Shown here: positions 8,732-16,812 of the stretch, one piece after another
How the letters are laid out: each line of letters opens with the position of its first letter
Numbering within the stretch: the stretch's first letter is position 1
Origin: a virus
Taxonomy: Duplodnaviria; Heunggongvirae; Uroviricota; Caudoviricetes
DNA: 27,024 nucleotides
Reading direction: 5' to 3' (one strand)
Virus record (IMG/VR): IMGVR_UViG_3300049489_000540
Position numbers and translations under genes: made by a program
The notes under the pieces: generated by a model
The model's database searches: none
What the model was told of the DNA's origin: nothing
What the model saw: only the letters and a program-made list of their open reading frames with translations

Positions 8732-8940
8732 TTCCGCAGCCCCTTGACGAAACCCTTGGCGCTGCGCGGGATGAGGAAGTCGGGACGGACCATGCTGCTG
8801 ATCAGAGTGCCGTCACCCTTGCAGTAGAAGCACGAAGCAGTCAGCATGCCGTCGCTGCCACGCCAGATCACATGGACCATGTGCGTGGGCAGCGTGTCGA
8901 TTTCGTTGGCAGCGGACAGAGGAAGGTAGGTGCGCTTCAT
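8728..8940 (-). CDS. hypothetical protein (start MKRTY)
   Basis: TAGACT-6nt-ATG at 8940. Confidence 0.8.
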   Translation of the reverse strand: MKRTYLPLSAANEIDTLPTHMVHVIWRGSDGMLTASCFYCKGDGTLISSMVRPDFLIPRSAKGFVKGLRK

Positions 8941-8978
8941 GCTCACAGTCTACCATGCTCTTGGGGTAAGTCAACAAC

Positions 8979-9608
8979 CTAGATTTTGCCGTTGACCAGA
9001 TCCAGATTGCCCGTGTGGACGGGCTTGACTCCCTTGAGCCACGATTCGATCTTCGCCTTCTCGTTGACGAAGAAGGTCTTGGCATCGACTCCCTTGAGCC
9101 GATCTTCGGTCATCCATGCCCAGAACTCGTCGGTACCATCGTTGGCACCACCACCGTTGGCAGCCGCCCACTTCTTGGTGTCATCCATGAACTTATTCTG
9201 GAGATTGTAGTCCTTGAACTCCAGATCGGTGCAGCCACCGTCACCACGGTCCACGATCTTGCCGACCTTCTTGCCCTTGTAGGACACGGTGGACGAGAAG
9301 TAGTATCCGTCCGTCATCGCTGGACCACGGCGCAGCGGTCCCACTTCCCAATCCGCCACGACGGGATCCAGTGGAGCCAGCTTTGGACCCTTGGGAATGT
9401 CACACTCCATTGCCTTGACGCACTTGCGAGCATCCGACTTGGACGAATACATCAGACCATTCGCGGGATCAGTGAAGATGTAGTTGACCACCGTGACCAC
9501 GGGATTCTTGGACCACGGAGCCACCTTCGTCGCCTTTGCGACGATGATGGTCCCATCGTTGCGGGTGACGCGAATCCAGTCGTTCTTCTTGATGTTGTTT
9601 GGGTTCAT
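8979..9608 (-). CDS. hypothetical protein
   Basis: 209 aa; leaderless promoter at 9637. Confidence 0.85.
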   Translation of the reverse strand: MNPNNIKKNDWIRVTRNDGTIIVAKATKVAPWSKNPVVTVVNYIFTDPANGLMYSSKSDARKCVKAMECDIPKGPKLAPLDPVVADWEVGPLRRGPAMTDGYYFSSTVSYKGKKVGKIVDRGDGGCTDLEFKDYNLQNKFMDDTKKWAAANGGGANDGTDEFWAWMTEDRLKGVDAKTFFVNEKAKIESWLKGVKPVHTGNLDLVNGKI

Positions 9609-9645
9609 GCCAGCACACTACCACCATTCCGAAACAATGCAAGCA

Positions 9646-10077
9646 CTAATCGGCTTGGTGGAAATCCCAGCTATTCGTGTTGTGATTCCATTCCCATATC
9701 ACTCCACGGAATTGAAACCGTAATGTGCCTTCTTCCTCGCTGCGTATCATCAGGCGAATCAATTCTTCGGATTCGTTCGAGGGAACATCGAGGTTGTCAT
9801 CGTCATCAATCTCTTTGTTCAGCATCCTGGTCCATTGACGGTAGATTGCTTCTTGCATGTTCTTCTGATGCTGCAATTCCTCTTCCGCTTTTGTCTTGAC
9901 AACAATGTACTCTTTCAACTCTGCCAGGCGGCAGAAAGCGGCTTCCTGTAACTGACCAGGGAACTGATCATTGTCGATGATGAAATCCAATGAATTGACC
10001 ATGTTTTCCAGAACCTCCGTTGGGAGATTATGGAACTCCATATGCTCGATAGCATTAAGCAAATGCTTTTCGGTCAT
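9646..10077 (-). CDS. acidic helical hypothetical protein
   Basis: 143 aa ORF in AT-rich block. Confidence 0.75.
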   Translation of the reverse strand: MTEKHLLNAIEHMEFHNLPTEVLENMVNSLDFIIDNDQFPGQLQEAAFCRLAELKEYIVVKTKAEEELQHQKNMQEAIYRQWTRMLNKEIDDDDNLDVPSNESEELIRLMIRSEEEGTLRFQFRGVIWEWNHNTNSWDFHQAD

Positions 10078-10249
10078 ACCAGATTATATCATCTTCGTCG
10101 TTTATTTCGTCATCGATATCAATGGGATCGAAATACTTCGAGTAGTGAACATGACGAGCCAGGTCATATCTATTAACCCATTCATGCACAATCATACGAT
10201 GATTCCGTATGATCGCTATGAACTGACCATCGGAATATATCAGACGCAT
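10055..10249 (-). CDS. hypothetical protein
   Basis: ORF track; packing. Confidence 0.65.
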   Translation of the reverse strand: MRLIYSDGQFIAIIRNHRMIVHEWVNRYDLARHVHYSKYFDPIDIDDEINDEDDIIWYDRKAFA

Positions 10250-10260
10250 GAAATTATTTA

Positions 10261-10473
10261 TCAGAGTTTGAATTCGTAGTCTTTTGCACCAATGGACACA
10301 ACGATGGTCGTACCATCCTCTTTGATTCTGTCGGTCTTGAAGATCAAGATGCTGTCAACATCAGAAGTCACACGCAGACTTTCATCATCCTCCCACCAGA
10401 ATTCGATGGGTTCACCATCCATCGTCGGATTCTTGGATTGCTTGAGAGCATAATAAAACTTGACAATTTGCAC
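10261..10473 (-). CDS. hypothetical protein
   Basis: GTG start with AAGGA SD. Confidence 0.7.
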   Translation of the reverse strand: MQIVKFYYALKQSKNPTMDGEPIEFWWEDDESLRVTSDVDSILIFKTDRIKEDGTTIVVSIGAKDYEFKL

Positions 10474-10494
10474 GATTATTCCTTATGTTTGTTG

Positions 10495-10656
10495 TTATGA
10501 CCAGAACGCATCCCAAAGAGCCTGAGCTTCCTGCTGACTTATATCTAATATTTTCGCAAGTTGCAGAGAGTTATCACATCGGTCAATAGTACCAGCGACT
10601 TTATAATAATCAAGTCGGAGTTTTTCGCAGAGTGCGATAAATGGATCTTGACCCAT
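10495..10656 (-). CDS. 53-aa hypothetical protein (not in ORF track)
   Basis: TTGCGC-15-TATAAT-6-ATG; MGQDPFIALCEKLRLDYYKVAGTIDRCDNSLQLAKILDISQQEAQALWDAFWS. Confidence 0.75.
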   Translation of the reverse strand: MGQDPFIALCEKLRLDYYKVAGTIDRCDNSLQLAKILDISQQEAQALWDAFWS

Positions 10657-10699
10657 AATCAAATTATATCATAAATTATTAAAGCGCAATCCAGCATAT

Positions 10700-10747
10700 G
10701 AATAAAAACGAAGAAACCCAGGCGCGGTTGGCGTTTGCCTGGGTTTT
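10700..10747 (-). terminator. intrinsic terminator
   Basis: AAACCCAGGC...GCCTGGGTTT stem (10713-10747) followed by CTTCGTTTTTATT on minus strand. Confidence 0.7.
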
Positions 10748-10826
10748 CGTGCAAGATTTTTTATTCGGCTCTGCACCTGGCATGGCTCCTGCACCATGCT
10801 TGAGCTTTTATAGTAGCAAGGTTTTC

Positions 10827-11330
10827 TTACTTGTCAAGCACCTTGAAGTTGGCGTTGTAGTATCCGCCAGCCGATCCACCAGCCGCTACATGGTCCTTGA
10901 AGGTCTTGAACACATGGTGGGTGACGCGGAAGACACGGTTCGATCCGCTCAAGAAGTGGATCGTCATACCGACCCCTTCCTCCCATTCCACTGAATCGAT
11001 CCATGTGGACTGTTCGCAGATGAATCCGTCCTTTTCTGGAACGGCACCATGCGAGCAGGAGCAGCCACCACACGAAGTGGAATGCTTGGAAATGGAGTAG
11101 CCATCGAACAGCTTGGACTTCTCCACCTTCTTGCCCTTCTTGAGAGTAGCCCTCGGTGACTCGATCACCACCACCGGTAAAGCGAAGACAGTAGCCTTGC
11201 GCCACTTGCCGTCAGTCTTCATGACTGCATCAGCATAGGCACGGACTGCCGCTTCGGGATTCTTGCAGTTGAATTCTACCTCGTCGGTGTACTCTTCAAC
11301 ATGATTACTGAAAACGATTTTATATCTCAT
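10827..11330 (-). CDS. hypothetical protein
   Basis: 167 aa; leaderless promoter at 11359. Confidence 0.85.
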   Translation of the reverse strand: MRYKIVFSNHVEEYTDEVEFNCKNPEAAVRAYADAVMKTDGKWRKATVFALPVVVIESPRATLKKGKKVEKSKLFDGYSISKHSTSCGGCSCSHGAVPEKDGFICEQSTWIDSVEWEEGVGMTIHFLSGSNRVFRVTHHVFKTFKDHVAAGGSAGGYYNANFKVLDK

Positions 11331-11370
11331 GCGTCACATCGTACCATGAGTTTTTAGAAGTCAACAGTAA

Positions 11371-11520
11371 TCAGTCCCAATTCCTGCTGTCCTTCCACCA
11401 CTTGTTCTGCCGCTTCTCGGAGCGGTTCGTGTGGATCTGCTTGGCACGCAGCGGGACTTCGCCACGGATCTGCTCGCGCAGCTTGGCATCGTTCACGGTG
11501 ATGGTGATCTTGTTGCTCAT
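11371..11520 (-). CDS. 49-aa basic hypothetical protein (not in ORF track)
   Basis: TTGACT-15-TAAGAT-7-ATG; MSNKITITVNDAKLREQIRGEVPLRAKQIHTNRSEKRQNKWWKDSRNWD. Confidence 0.75.
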   Translation of the reverse strand: MSNKITITVNDAKLREQIRGEVPLRAKQIHTNRSEKRQNKWWKDSRNWD

Positions 11521-11550
11521 GGGTGTTATCTTATCAGGAGTTTGGGAAAG

Positions 11551-11892
11551 TCAAGCGATCCGTGAGCGACCTAGCGACCATGCCTTCTTGAAGTCCTCGT
11601 CACCGCACTCCACCAGCCGCTTGAACTCGGCTCGCTGCGCATCCGTGCCGCACGCACCGATATGACCAATCGCAATCTCGTCGGTGATCACGCACTGGTC
11701 ATCGATGGAGCAGATGGCGATGCCGTTCTTCTCGGTGCCGATCAGACCGAAGGCATTGTAGGCACCGTAGCCAATGATGTGGTAGGTGCGAGCCTTCTTG
11801 CCCTTGCCGATAGTGCGCTTCTGCTGCGCCCACACGAACATGAAGGGCAGGATCGAGGGGAGGTTGTAGTCGGTCATGGTGCCGTTGCTCAT
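11551..11892 (-). CDS. hypothetical protein
   Basis: Leaderless promoter at 11921; TGA inside next -35. Confidence 0.85.
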   Translation of the reverse strand: MSNGTMTDYNLPSILPFMFVWAQQKRTIGKGKKARTYHIIGYGAYNAFGLIGTEKNGIAICSIDDQCVITDEIAIGHIGACGTDAQRAEFKRLVECGDEDFKKAWSLGRSRIA

Positions 11893-11922
11893 GGGCTTGA
11901 TCTTACCAGGAACTTGTGAAAG

Positions 11923-12144
11923 TCAATCGCTTTCTTTGAGGATCATGCTCATGTAATTGAAATCGTTGTAGCCGTCCTTGCGATTGGCGATCTTGACCAG
12001 CTTCGCCCGCGCACCGTTGACGGAACCATCGAACTCAGTCCGATAGACCTTGACTGCGGGATGTGTGGTGAAATTTGGCAGATCGTAGCAACTGATGCAC
12101 GGCGATCCACCCAACGGAGCGGTGTAGAAGGCGAAGGTGGGCAT
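11923..12144 (-). CDS. hypothetical protein
   Basis: Promoter at 12204 and GAGG SD; TGA inside next -35. Confidence 0.8.
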   Translation of the reverse strand: MPTFAFYTAPLGGSPCISCYDLPNFTTHPAVKVYRTEFDGSVNGARAKLVKIANRKDGYNDFNYMSMILKESD

Positions 12145-12149
12145 GATCG

Positions 12150-12260
12150 TTACCTCGGAGCGTTGATCAGTGCGGTGACCAATACTACCACATTGGCGGC
12201 AAAAGTCAACATGAGAAATGCTGACCAGCCGCTACGATGCTGCTTCTTCTTGCGCTTCAC
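12150..12260 (-). CDS. possible 36-aa membrane peptide
   Basis: GTGA overlap; basic N-terminus then hydrophobic stretch; contains promoter 12204. Confidence 0.4.
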   Translation of the reverse strand: MKRKKKQHRSGWSAFLMLTFAANVVVLVTALINAPR

Positions 12261-12409
12261 TTGCGGGACGCCTTGAGCAGCTTGATCTGCTCCTTGAGCC
12301 ACGCCTTGCACTGGCTCTTGCTGCCATGATGGAGGTAGTCGATGCCACCCCAATGATGGAACACGACAGCATATCCACCACCATACTTGCGGATCGCGTG
12401 ACGGTTCAT
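12257..12409 (-). CDS. 50-aa hypothetical protein (not in ORF track)
   Basis: TAATG overlap; MNRHAIRKYGGGYAVVFHHWGGIDYLHHGSKSQCKAWLKEQIKLLKASRK. Confidence 0.7.
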   Translation of the reverse strand: MNRHAIRKYGGGYAVVFHHWGGIDYLHHGSKSQCKAWLKEQIKLLKASRK

Positions 12410-12594
12410 TAGGCAATGTCCAGTTCGATGCGATTGACGCAGCCCATGGCATCCCGTTCAATTCGCTTGACCTTGACGGGACGCCGATTGAGTTCGCGTT
12501 GAATCAAAGCGACAAGGTGATCATCCGGCATTTTCGATTCTTGCTCATTGGTGAGGAAGAAAGTTTGCTGAACATCCAACGGAACATTGCGCAT
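12409..12594 (-). CDS. hypothetical protein
   Basis: ORF track; tight packing. Confidence 0.7.
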   Translation of the reverse strand: MRNVPLDVQQTFFLTNEQESKMPDDHLVALIQRELNRRPVKVKRIERDAMGCVNRIELDIA

Positions 12595-12595
12595 G

Positions 12596-12751
12596 TCAGT
12601 AGCCGCCCGTCAGGTAGACCACCACCTTGGTGCCAGTGATCTTGATTTCGAAGGTCAGACCCTTCATCACCAGACCCAGGAGAATACGGTCGAACACCTT
12701 GTGTTCCACTTCCGTGTCCAGATTCATGGTGAGAATGTTGTTTTCGCTCAT
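12596..12751 (-). CDS. 51-aa hypothetical protein (not in ORF track)
   Basis: TTGAGT-16-TAGGAT-7-ATG; MSENNILTMNLDTEVEHKVFDRILLGLVMKGLTFEIKITGTKVVVYLTGGY. Confidence 0.75.
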   Translation of the reverse strand: MSENNILTMNLDTEVEHKVFDRILLGLVMKGLTFEIKITGTKVVVYLTGGY

Positions 12752-12815
12752 GTGGTTCATCCTACCAGCCGCTTGAAGAAACTCAAGAAGATTATGTCAA
12801 GCAGATTCGAGTGAC

Positions 12816-12833
12816 TCACACAACGGACACGCC
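12816..12833 (-). promoter_or_regulatory. 18-bp GGCGTRTCC motif copy
   Basis: GGCGTGTCCGTTGTGTGA between divergent promoters 12781 and 12855. Confidence 0.75.
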
Positions 12834-12904
12834 GGTTCCAAAAACCTGCTACTATTGACTTCGCTTTTATGCGTGATAAAGTAGGTACTTGAAAAGAGGT
12901 CACT

Positions 12905-13687
12905 ATGCTTGATTTCAAAAATATTATTAAGTACAAAACCTACATCAACCGTATTGGAAACAGAACCATATTCAATGATCAATCCCAAGGTGTCTTGGTC
13001 AAAAACATTATTACATTTTCAGATGATCAACTGATTGACATACAAAAGAGTTGGGACGAAACCGAAAACTTCAACCTGGCAGCAGCAAGTCATAACAAGG
13101 GGCTGCGAGAGCAATCTATCAAGCAAATCGAAGAGTTTTTCAGTGATTTAGGCATGCCGACCTGGGCAAAGAATAATGCTGGAACGGTCATTGGCATGCA
13201 TACCGAATTCAAGACCATGATGAAGCAACTGGACATTATGGGCGGCAATGGTGAATGTCCAAAGCGACCAATGGTTCATTCCGTCTTTTCACTTGGAGAA
13301 CATATCAAGCCGCTTGTCAAGACCTCGACGCTACTCGATTTCGTCAATGAGGTTAGACCACTGATTGCTGAACAAGAACGCAAGAAGCAAGAACTTGAAG
13401 ATGCGAAGATTGCAGATCGACAAGTCATGGCAGCCGCTATTCTGTCGCACAGCAAGGATCGAAACGCGATCGAGAAGTCTCGAAGGGATTGGATCAAAGA
13501 GAATGTTCCAAATGGTAAGATCGTCAAGATTGTCGATTGTAACTATTGCGACGAATGGCGCATTGGCTCATTCAAATGCTCATGTGGTCGAACTTACATG
13601 AACTTCAAAGTGGTCGGAGAACCAGGCAATTGGGAAATCAAAATGTGGGGCGAGCCAGATCCGATTATGAATGTGAAGATCATTTAG
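12905..13687 (+). CDS. hypothetical protein, AT-rich, C-terminal Cys cluster
   Basis: 260 aa; promoter at 12855 and GAGG SD; CNYC...CSCG. Confidence 0.85.
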   Translation: MLDFKNIIKYKTYINRIGNRTIFNDQSQGVLVKNIITFSDDQLIDIQKSWDETENFNLAAASHNKGLREQSIKQIEEFFSDLGMPTWAKNNAGTVIGMHTEFKTMMKQLDIMGGNGECPKRPMVHSVFSLGEHIKPLVKTSTLLDFVNEVRPLIAEQERKKQELEDAKIADRQVMAAAILSHSKDRNAIEKSRRDWIKENVPNGKIVKIVDCNYCDEWRIGSFKCSCGRTYMNFKVVGEPGNWEIKMWGEPDPIMNVKII

Positions 13688-13857
13688 CCTTGCGGCGTTT
13701 GGGCATCGTCTTTCACTTGCTTGGCGGTTACCCATCCTCGGCACCATTCAAGCTGCTCGGTCGTGCCTTTCTTGTAGGGACATGCGATCAATGGCATGCC
13801 CGCTTCACATGCATCAAATCCTTGATCAAAAAATTGTGAGTGTTTAGGGAAAGTCAT
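13684..13857 (-). CDS. ribosome modulation factor (Rmf)/CrpP-fold-like protein (not in ORF track)
   Basis: 57 aa MTFPKHSQFFDQGFDACEAGMPLIACPYKKGTTEQLEWCRGWVTAKQVKDDAQTPQG; G-x-x-A-x-x-x-G-x5-CPY-x(7-9)-W-x-x-GW pattern of Rmf; extended -10 TGaTATAAT-6nt-ATG. Confidence 0.7.
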   Translation of the reverse strand: MTFPKHSQFFDQGFDACEAGMPLIACPYKKGTTEQLEWCRGWVTAKQVKDDAQTPQG

Positions 13858-13873
13858 AGGTCTATTATATCAT

Positions 13874-14359
13874 AAAACGACTGCACCCTGGTCGCAAGCG
13901 CCAGGGTTCTCCTACTAGCATAGGATTAGCCGGGACTGCTAGATCCCGTTCAGAGGCTGAATCGTAAACGATCTGCCTCCTAGTCGTTCGCCCCGCTGGG
14001 TTTAGGTCTTTATGCCGGTCGCCACGGCACAGCGGGACTCATCGGTTTCCACACTCATTCCCCAGCCAAGGGGCGATCTTGCTTCCTCCTGTTTTGGCTT
14101 CTTATACCCTTCACCCGTTTCCCCTATTCTTCATCACCTTCCGGCTGCTAGGCAAGTCCATCGGGTTCAGAGAATTCTGTGGGTACTCGGGGGTGGTTTC
14201 GGCTTGGTGCCACCAAGCCCTCGTCAGTAAGAATCGTGCTGCCGTTTTATGCCCCTGCTGCGGAGCTTCCCTTGCGGGCGGTGGCAGTAACCGTTTTGAT
14301 TTTCAAGAAGCCGATCAGCGACCCAGGATCTCCCTTGTTTGACCGCTTACCAGCTTCGT
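13874..14359 (-). ncRNA. candidate large structured ncRNA (about 485 nt)
   Basis: Own promoter TTGACA(14387)-15-TAAGAT with no ATG at expected start; no minus-strand ORF; many stems with GNRA loops; terminal hairpin 13885-13907 and T-run. Confidence 0.65.
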
Positions 14360-14388
14360 AGGTTTATCTTAGCAGCTTTTTTAGAATG

Positions 14389-14643
14389 TCAAGAGGCTTT
14401 CTTCACCTTCTCGATGCCCAGCAGCTTGCGTTGAGCCGGATTCGGTAACTTGCCCATGAACATGCGCTTGAGTTGTTCTGTGGTCATGAGTGTCGCATCA
14501 GCGAGCCGCCAGATACGACAGTTCGGGCAAGGAATCCTGCGCCATGAACTTGGATGGTTGGCGTATAGCGAGCCAATCTTTTTGCAATCATCAGGATGCC
14601 AGATCACTCCACCACCATCACACCGACTGCATTCTTTGCTCAC
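14389..14643 (-). CDS. hypothetical protein with CxxC pairs (start GTG, VSKECSRC)
   Basis: GTGA overlap; CSRC and CPNC; TGA inside -35 at 14387. Confidence 0.75.
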   Translation of the reverse strand: MSKECSRCDGGGVIWHPDDCKKIGSLYANHPSSWRRIPCPNCRIWRLADATLMTTEQLKRMFMGKLPNPAQRKLLGIEKVKKAS

Positions 14644-14861
14644 GCGGGCACCGCGAAAGCCTTGCTTTCCTTGTAGCTGACCGTGCCGTTGTCGGTGTTG
14701 AAGCTCATCTTGCGGAAGGTCATGCCGTTGCACTTGACCACGGACGGCAGAGCCTTGTACTTGGCGAAGTCCAGATCATGCACTTCCGTCTGGAGCCACA
14801 CGACACCATCGTAGGTGCCGTAGTTGGTGACGGGAATGGCGTCGAGTGCGGTGGCTTGCAT
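14640..14861 (-). CDS. hypothetical protein
   Basis: Leaderless promoter at 14889. Confidence 0.85.
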   Translation of the reverse strand: MQATALDAIPVTNYGTYDGVVWLQTEVHDLDFAKYKALPSVVKCNGMTFRKMSFNTDNGTVSYKESKAFAVPA

Positions 14862-14890
14862 GTTTGTATTCTAGCAGCTTTTTGAAAATG

Positions 14891-15211
14891 TCAAGAGAAG
14901 TAAATGTGCAGTTCACCACCGAATGAATACCAGTTGAACATGTTATCATTCAGTAGTTGACGAAGTTCCTTTACAAACTTTTCATCGGTTATCATATTGG
15001 TTATGCGATGTTCGTCCGTCCAGAAGAAACCGTCTTCGATTCCTTCAAACTCCTTGAAGATTTCTTCACGGTATTCCTTGGTCACACCCTTGGCACATTT
15101 CTCGGTGTGAAGATACCAAACAATGTGCATACCCCGTTGATTGCCACGACATATCTTATTCGCAATCTCATTCGTCATGCTGCGTATTGCGTAGCTTTTG
15201 ACATATTTCAT
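14891..15211 (-). CDS. hypothetical protein (AT-rich)
   Basis: TGA inside -35 at 14889. Confidence 0.8.
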   Translation of the reverse strand: MKYVKSYAIRSMTNEIANKICRGNQRGMHIVWYLHTEKCAKGVTKEYREEIFKEFEGIEDGFFWTDEHRITNMITDEKFVKELRQLLNDNMFNWYSFGGELHIYFS

Positions 15212-15213
15212 TG

Positions 15214-15669
15214 TTACTCTGCCTTGATCGCAGCCATCGGCGTCAGATCGTCCAGCGACCCATCCAGCAGCCAGCCACGCACCTTGACCAGATATTCGAT
15301 CTTCATGGGCGCATTGTACTCGGGTGGCACATCCTTGGCTGCAAGTGCTTGCCTGACAGCAAGTTCCACATTCGCCTGGCGGATCTTGGTGTAGTTGCTA
15401 CCGACCTTGATGTTCCGCATCTGCCCTTCGGAGTAGAAGGTCAGATAGAAGGACTGTGTGCCAGTGGTCGCGTCCTCGCCACGGGTTTCCCATCGATCAT
15501 CCTCTTCGTCGTACACTCGGCGCGAGTAGCTGACCGAAATCGAAATGGGATTGTCACGGGCGACCAGCGTGCCGATGAAGGTGCGGGTGCATGCGAACTC
15601 CAGAATGAGCCATGTGACCAGCATCACTCCGAGAGTGATCAGCAGAATGGCGATGATCTTATCCTTCAT
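15214..15669 (-). CDS. membrane-anchored hypothetical protein (start MKDKII)
   Basis: N-terminal hydrophobic helix; upstream extension overlaps the real neighbouring gene. Confidence 0.75.
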   Translation of the reverse strand: MKDKIIAILLITLGVMLVTWLILEFACTRTFIGTLVARDNPISISVSYSRRVYDEEDDRWETRGEDATTGTQSFYLTFYSEGQMRNIKVGSNYTKIRQANVELAVRQALAAKDVPPEYNAPMKIEYLVKVRGWLLDGSLDDLTPMAAIKAE

Positions 15670-15943
15670 GGTGTGCCTTGTCTTCCTTTTCGGCAGCGTT
15701 GTCACCGACCCCGCAACGAAGAGCGAGGAAGGCGAGAGCCGCTTCACGGGTATCATGGATCGGTTCGAAGGACGCTTCGAAGACGCGAACGAACCACTTG
15801 TTCTTGATGGGATGATGGAACACACCACAGACGGTGAAATCCGCATCCTCGTTGAAGTCACCGAAACGAAGGCTCGTCACGGTGGACTTGTGGTTGCAGT
15901 CGAGGACATCGCAGATCGCCTCGATGGTTTCGTTCGTGTTCAT
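15659..15943 (-). CDS. hypothetical protein
   Basis: Leaderless promoter at 15971. Confidence 0.85.
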   Translation of the reverse strand: MNTNETIEAICDVLDCNHKSTVTSLRFGDFNEDADFTVCGVFHHPIKNKWFVRVFEASFEPIHDTREAALAFLALRCGVGDNAAEKEDKAHHEG

Positions 15944-15972
15944 GTTTGTATTCTAGCAGGCTTTTGGAAAAG

Positions 15973-16206
15973 TCAAGCCTTCTTCCGCTTGTTCTGAATC
16001 TCCAGAGCAGCTTGGTACAGCACCGATATATTGCGGAAGTCACCAGGAAGTTGCCCAATGATTTCCACGATGCCACGATCATCATCTGCTTCGACCATCT
16101 TGACGAAATCTTGCTGGAATGTGTCTGTGATCTTCGCATCCATTTCATCCAGCTTGGATTTCAGATACTTGCGTTCTGCGAGCAGTTGATCATCGAGCCA
16201 GATCAT
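15973..16206 (-). CDS. hypothetical protein (start MIWLDD)
   Basis: ATGA overlap; TGA inside -35. Confidence 0.75.
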   Translation of the reverse strand: MIWLDDQLLAERKYLKSKLDEMDAKITDTFQQDFVKMVEADDDRGIVEIIGQLPGDFRNISVLYQAALEIQNKRKKA

Positions 16207-16445
16207 GACTGAACCTCGTATTTTTCCAGCAAGTCTATATTCCACGATCCGCCGCCACCAAGGCAAGCCCTTGTACCATCTTCGATGATTTTCGTGATCT
16301 TGCCAGTCCAGACTTTACCCGTTCCCGTGTGCTTGATGTACTTACCATCTATCAGTTGCTCGGGAAGGTATCTGCAACGATCTATCTGGTAGTTCCAGCA
16401 CTTGTCGCCACGAATGGCAACCGTGTCACCGATTTTGAGCGTCAT
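16203..16445 (-). CDS. hypothetical protein (SH3/KOW-like beta pattern)
   Basis: LKIGDTVAI start; ATGA overlaps. Confidence 0.75.
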   Translation of the reverse strand: MTLKIGDTVAIRGDKCWNYQIDRCRYLPEQLIDGKYIKHTGTGKVWTGKITKIIEDGTRACLGGGGSWNIDLLEKYEVQS

Positions 16446-16651
16446 GACCGCGCCTCCAGCAGCTTGATGACGTTGTTGAGAGCATCATGCTCACCAGGAT
16501 CGCACGCATTTTCCAGCATCTTGTGAACGGCAGCCAGAATCTCGTCACGGTTCAGATAGTCGCCAGCTTTGTCCTTCTCCATGAACGCTTCGAAGTATGA
16601 CCCGATGCCGTGGAACTGCTCTTTGAAGTTTGGGGAGTAGCGTTGGATCAT
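16442..16651 (-). CDS. hypothetical protein (start MIQRY)
   Basis: TAGCAT-6nt-ATG at 16651. Confidence 0.8.
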   Translation of the reverse strand: MIQRYSPNFKEQFHGIGSYFEAFMEKDKAGDYLNRDEILAAVHKMLENACDPGEHDALNNVIKLLEARS

Positions 16652-16680
16652 GCTCACATGCTATCAGCTATTTGGAAAAG

Positions 16681-16812
16681 TCAACGCATCTTCTTGCGCA
16701 GCTTCTTCGCCGCCTTCGCCTTGGCTTTCTTGAGCTTGGACATGGGGTTTGGACCCCCATGCCAAGTGCAAGTGACTGACGAATGGTTGCCGATGACGAT
16801 GGGAAAAATCAC
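16681..16812 (-). CDS. small Lys/Ala-rich peptide (start GTG 16812 or ATG 16743)
   Basis: GTGA overlap; ends MSKLKKAKAKAAKKLRKKMR with TGA in -35 at 16679. Confidence 0.5.
   Translation of the reverse strand: MIFPIVIGNHSSVTCTWHGGPNPMSKLKKAKAKAAKKLRKKMR

Noticed and set aside
9015-9899. Long antisense ORFs (e.g. 9015-9899+, 2461-3171-, 3569-4198-, 7386-8072+, 8162-8827+, 17126-17899+, 23607-24317-, 24473-25018+)
   Set aside because: These are shadows of real genes on the opposite strand, caused by GC3-biased codon usage. They lack promoters or SDs and cross module borders.
12795-12800. Extra TTGACA on the minus strand near motif 12816
   Set aside because: No -10 box at 15-17 bp spacing, so it was not counted as a promoter.
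13981-14050. Hammerhead-like core CCGAUGAG-stem-CGAAC in the large RNA
   Set aside because: Stem II and spacing fit, but U4 and A15.1 deviate and I could not find stems I and III. Worth an Infernal check but not called.
13874-14359. RNase P RNA or group I intron identity
   Set aside because: There are fleeting resemblances (GAAGCUG start, CCACAGAA, GGGUGAAGGG, CCCGGCUAAU, GACUAG). The conserved GAGGAAAGUCC P4 strand and the group I P3/P7 order are missing, and no interrupted host gene flanks the region.
14012-14361. Plus-strand ORFs 14012-14230, 14079-14342, 14179-14361
   Set aside because: No + promoter or SD and atypical composition; they oppose a clear minus-strand promoter-terminator unit.
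15214-15861. Upstream-extended starts in the ORF track (e.g. 15861, 14733, 16266, 17147, 17349, 17788, 18718, 20777, 25944, 26239, 8063, 6887, 4310, 22855)
   Set aside because: The extensions overlap neighbouring genes or promoter modules; internal starts fit the -10 spacing, an SD or a stop-start overlap.
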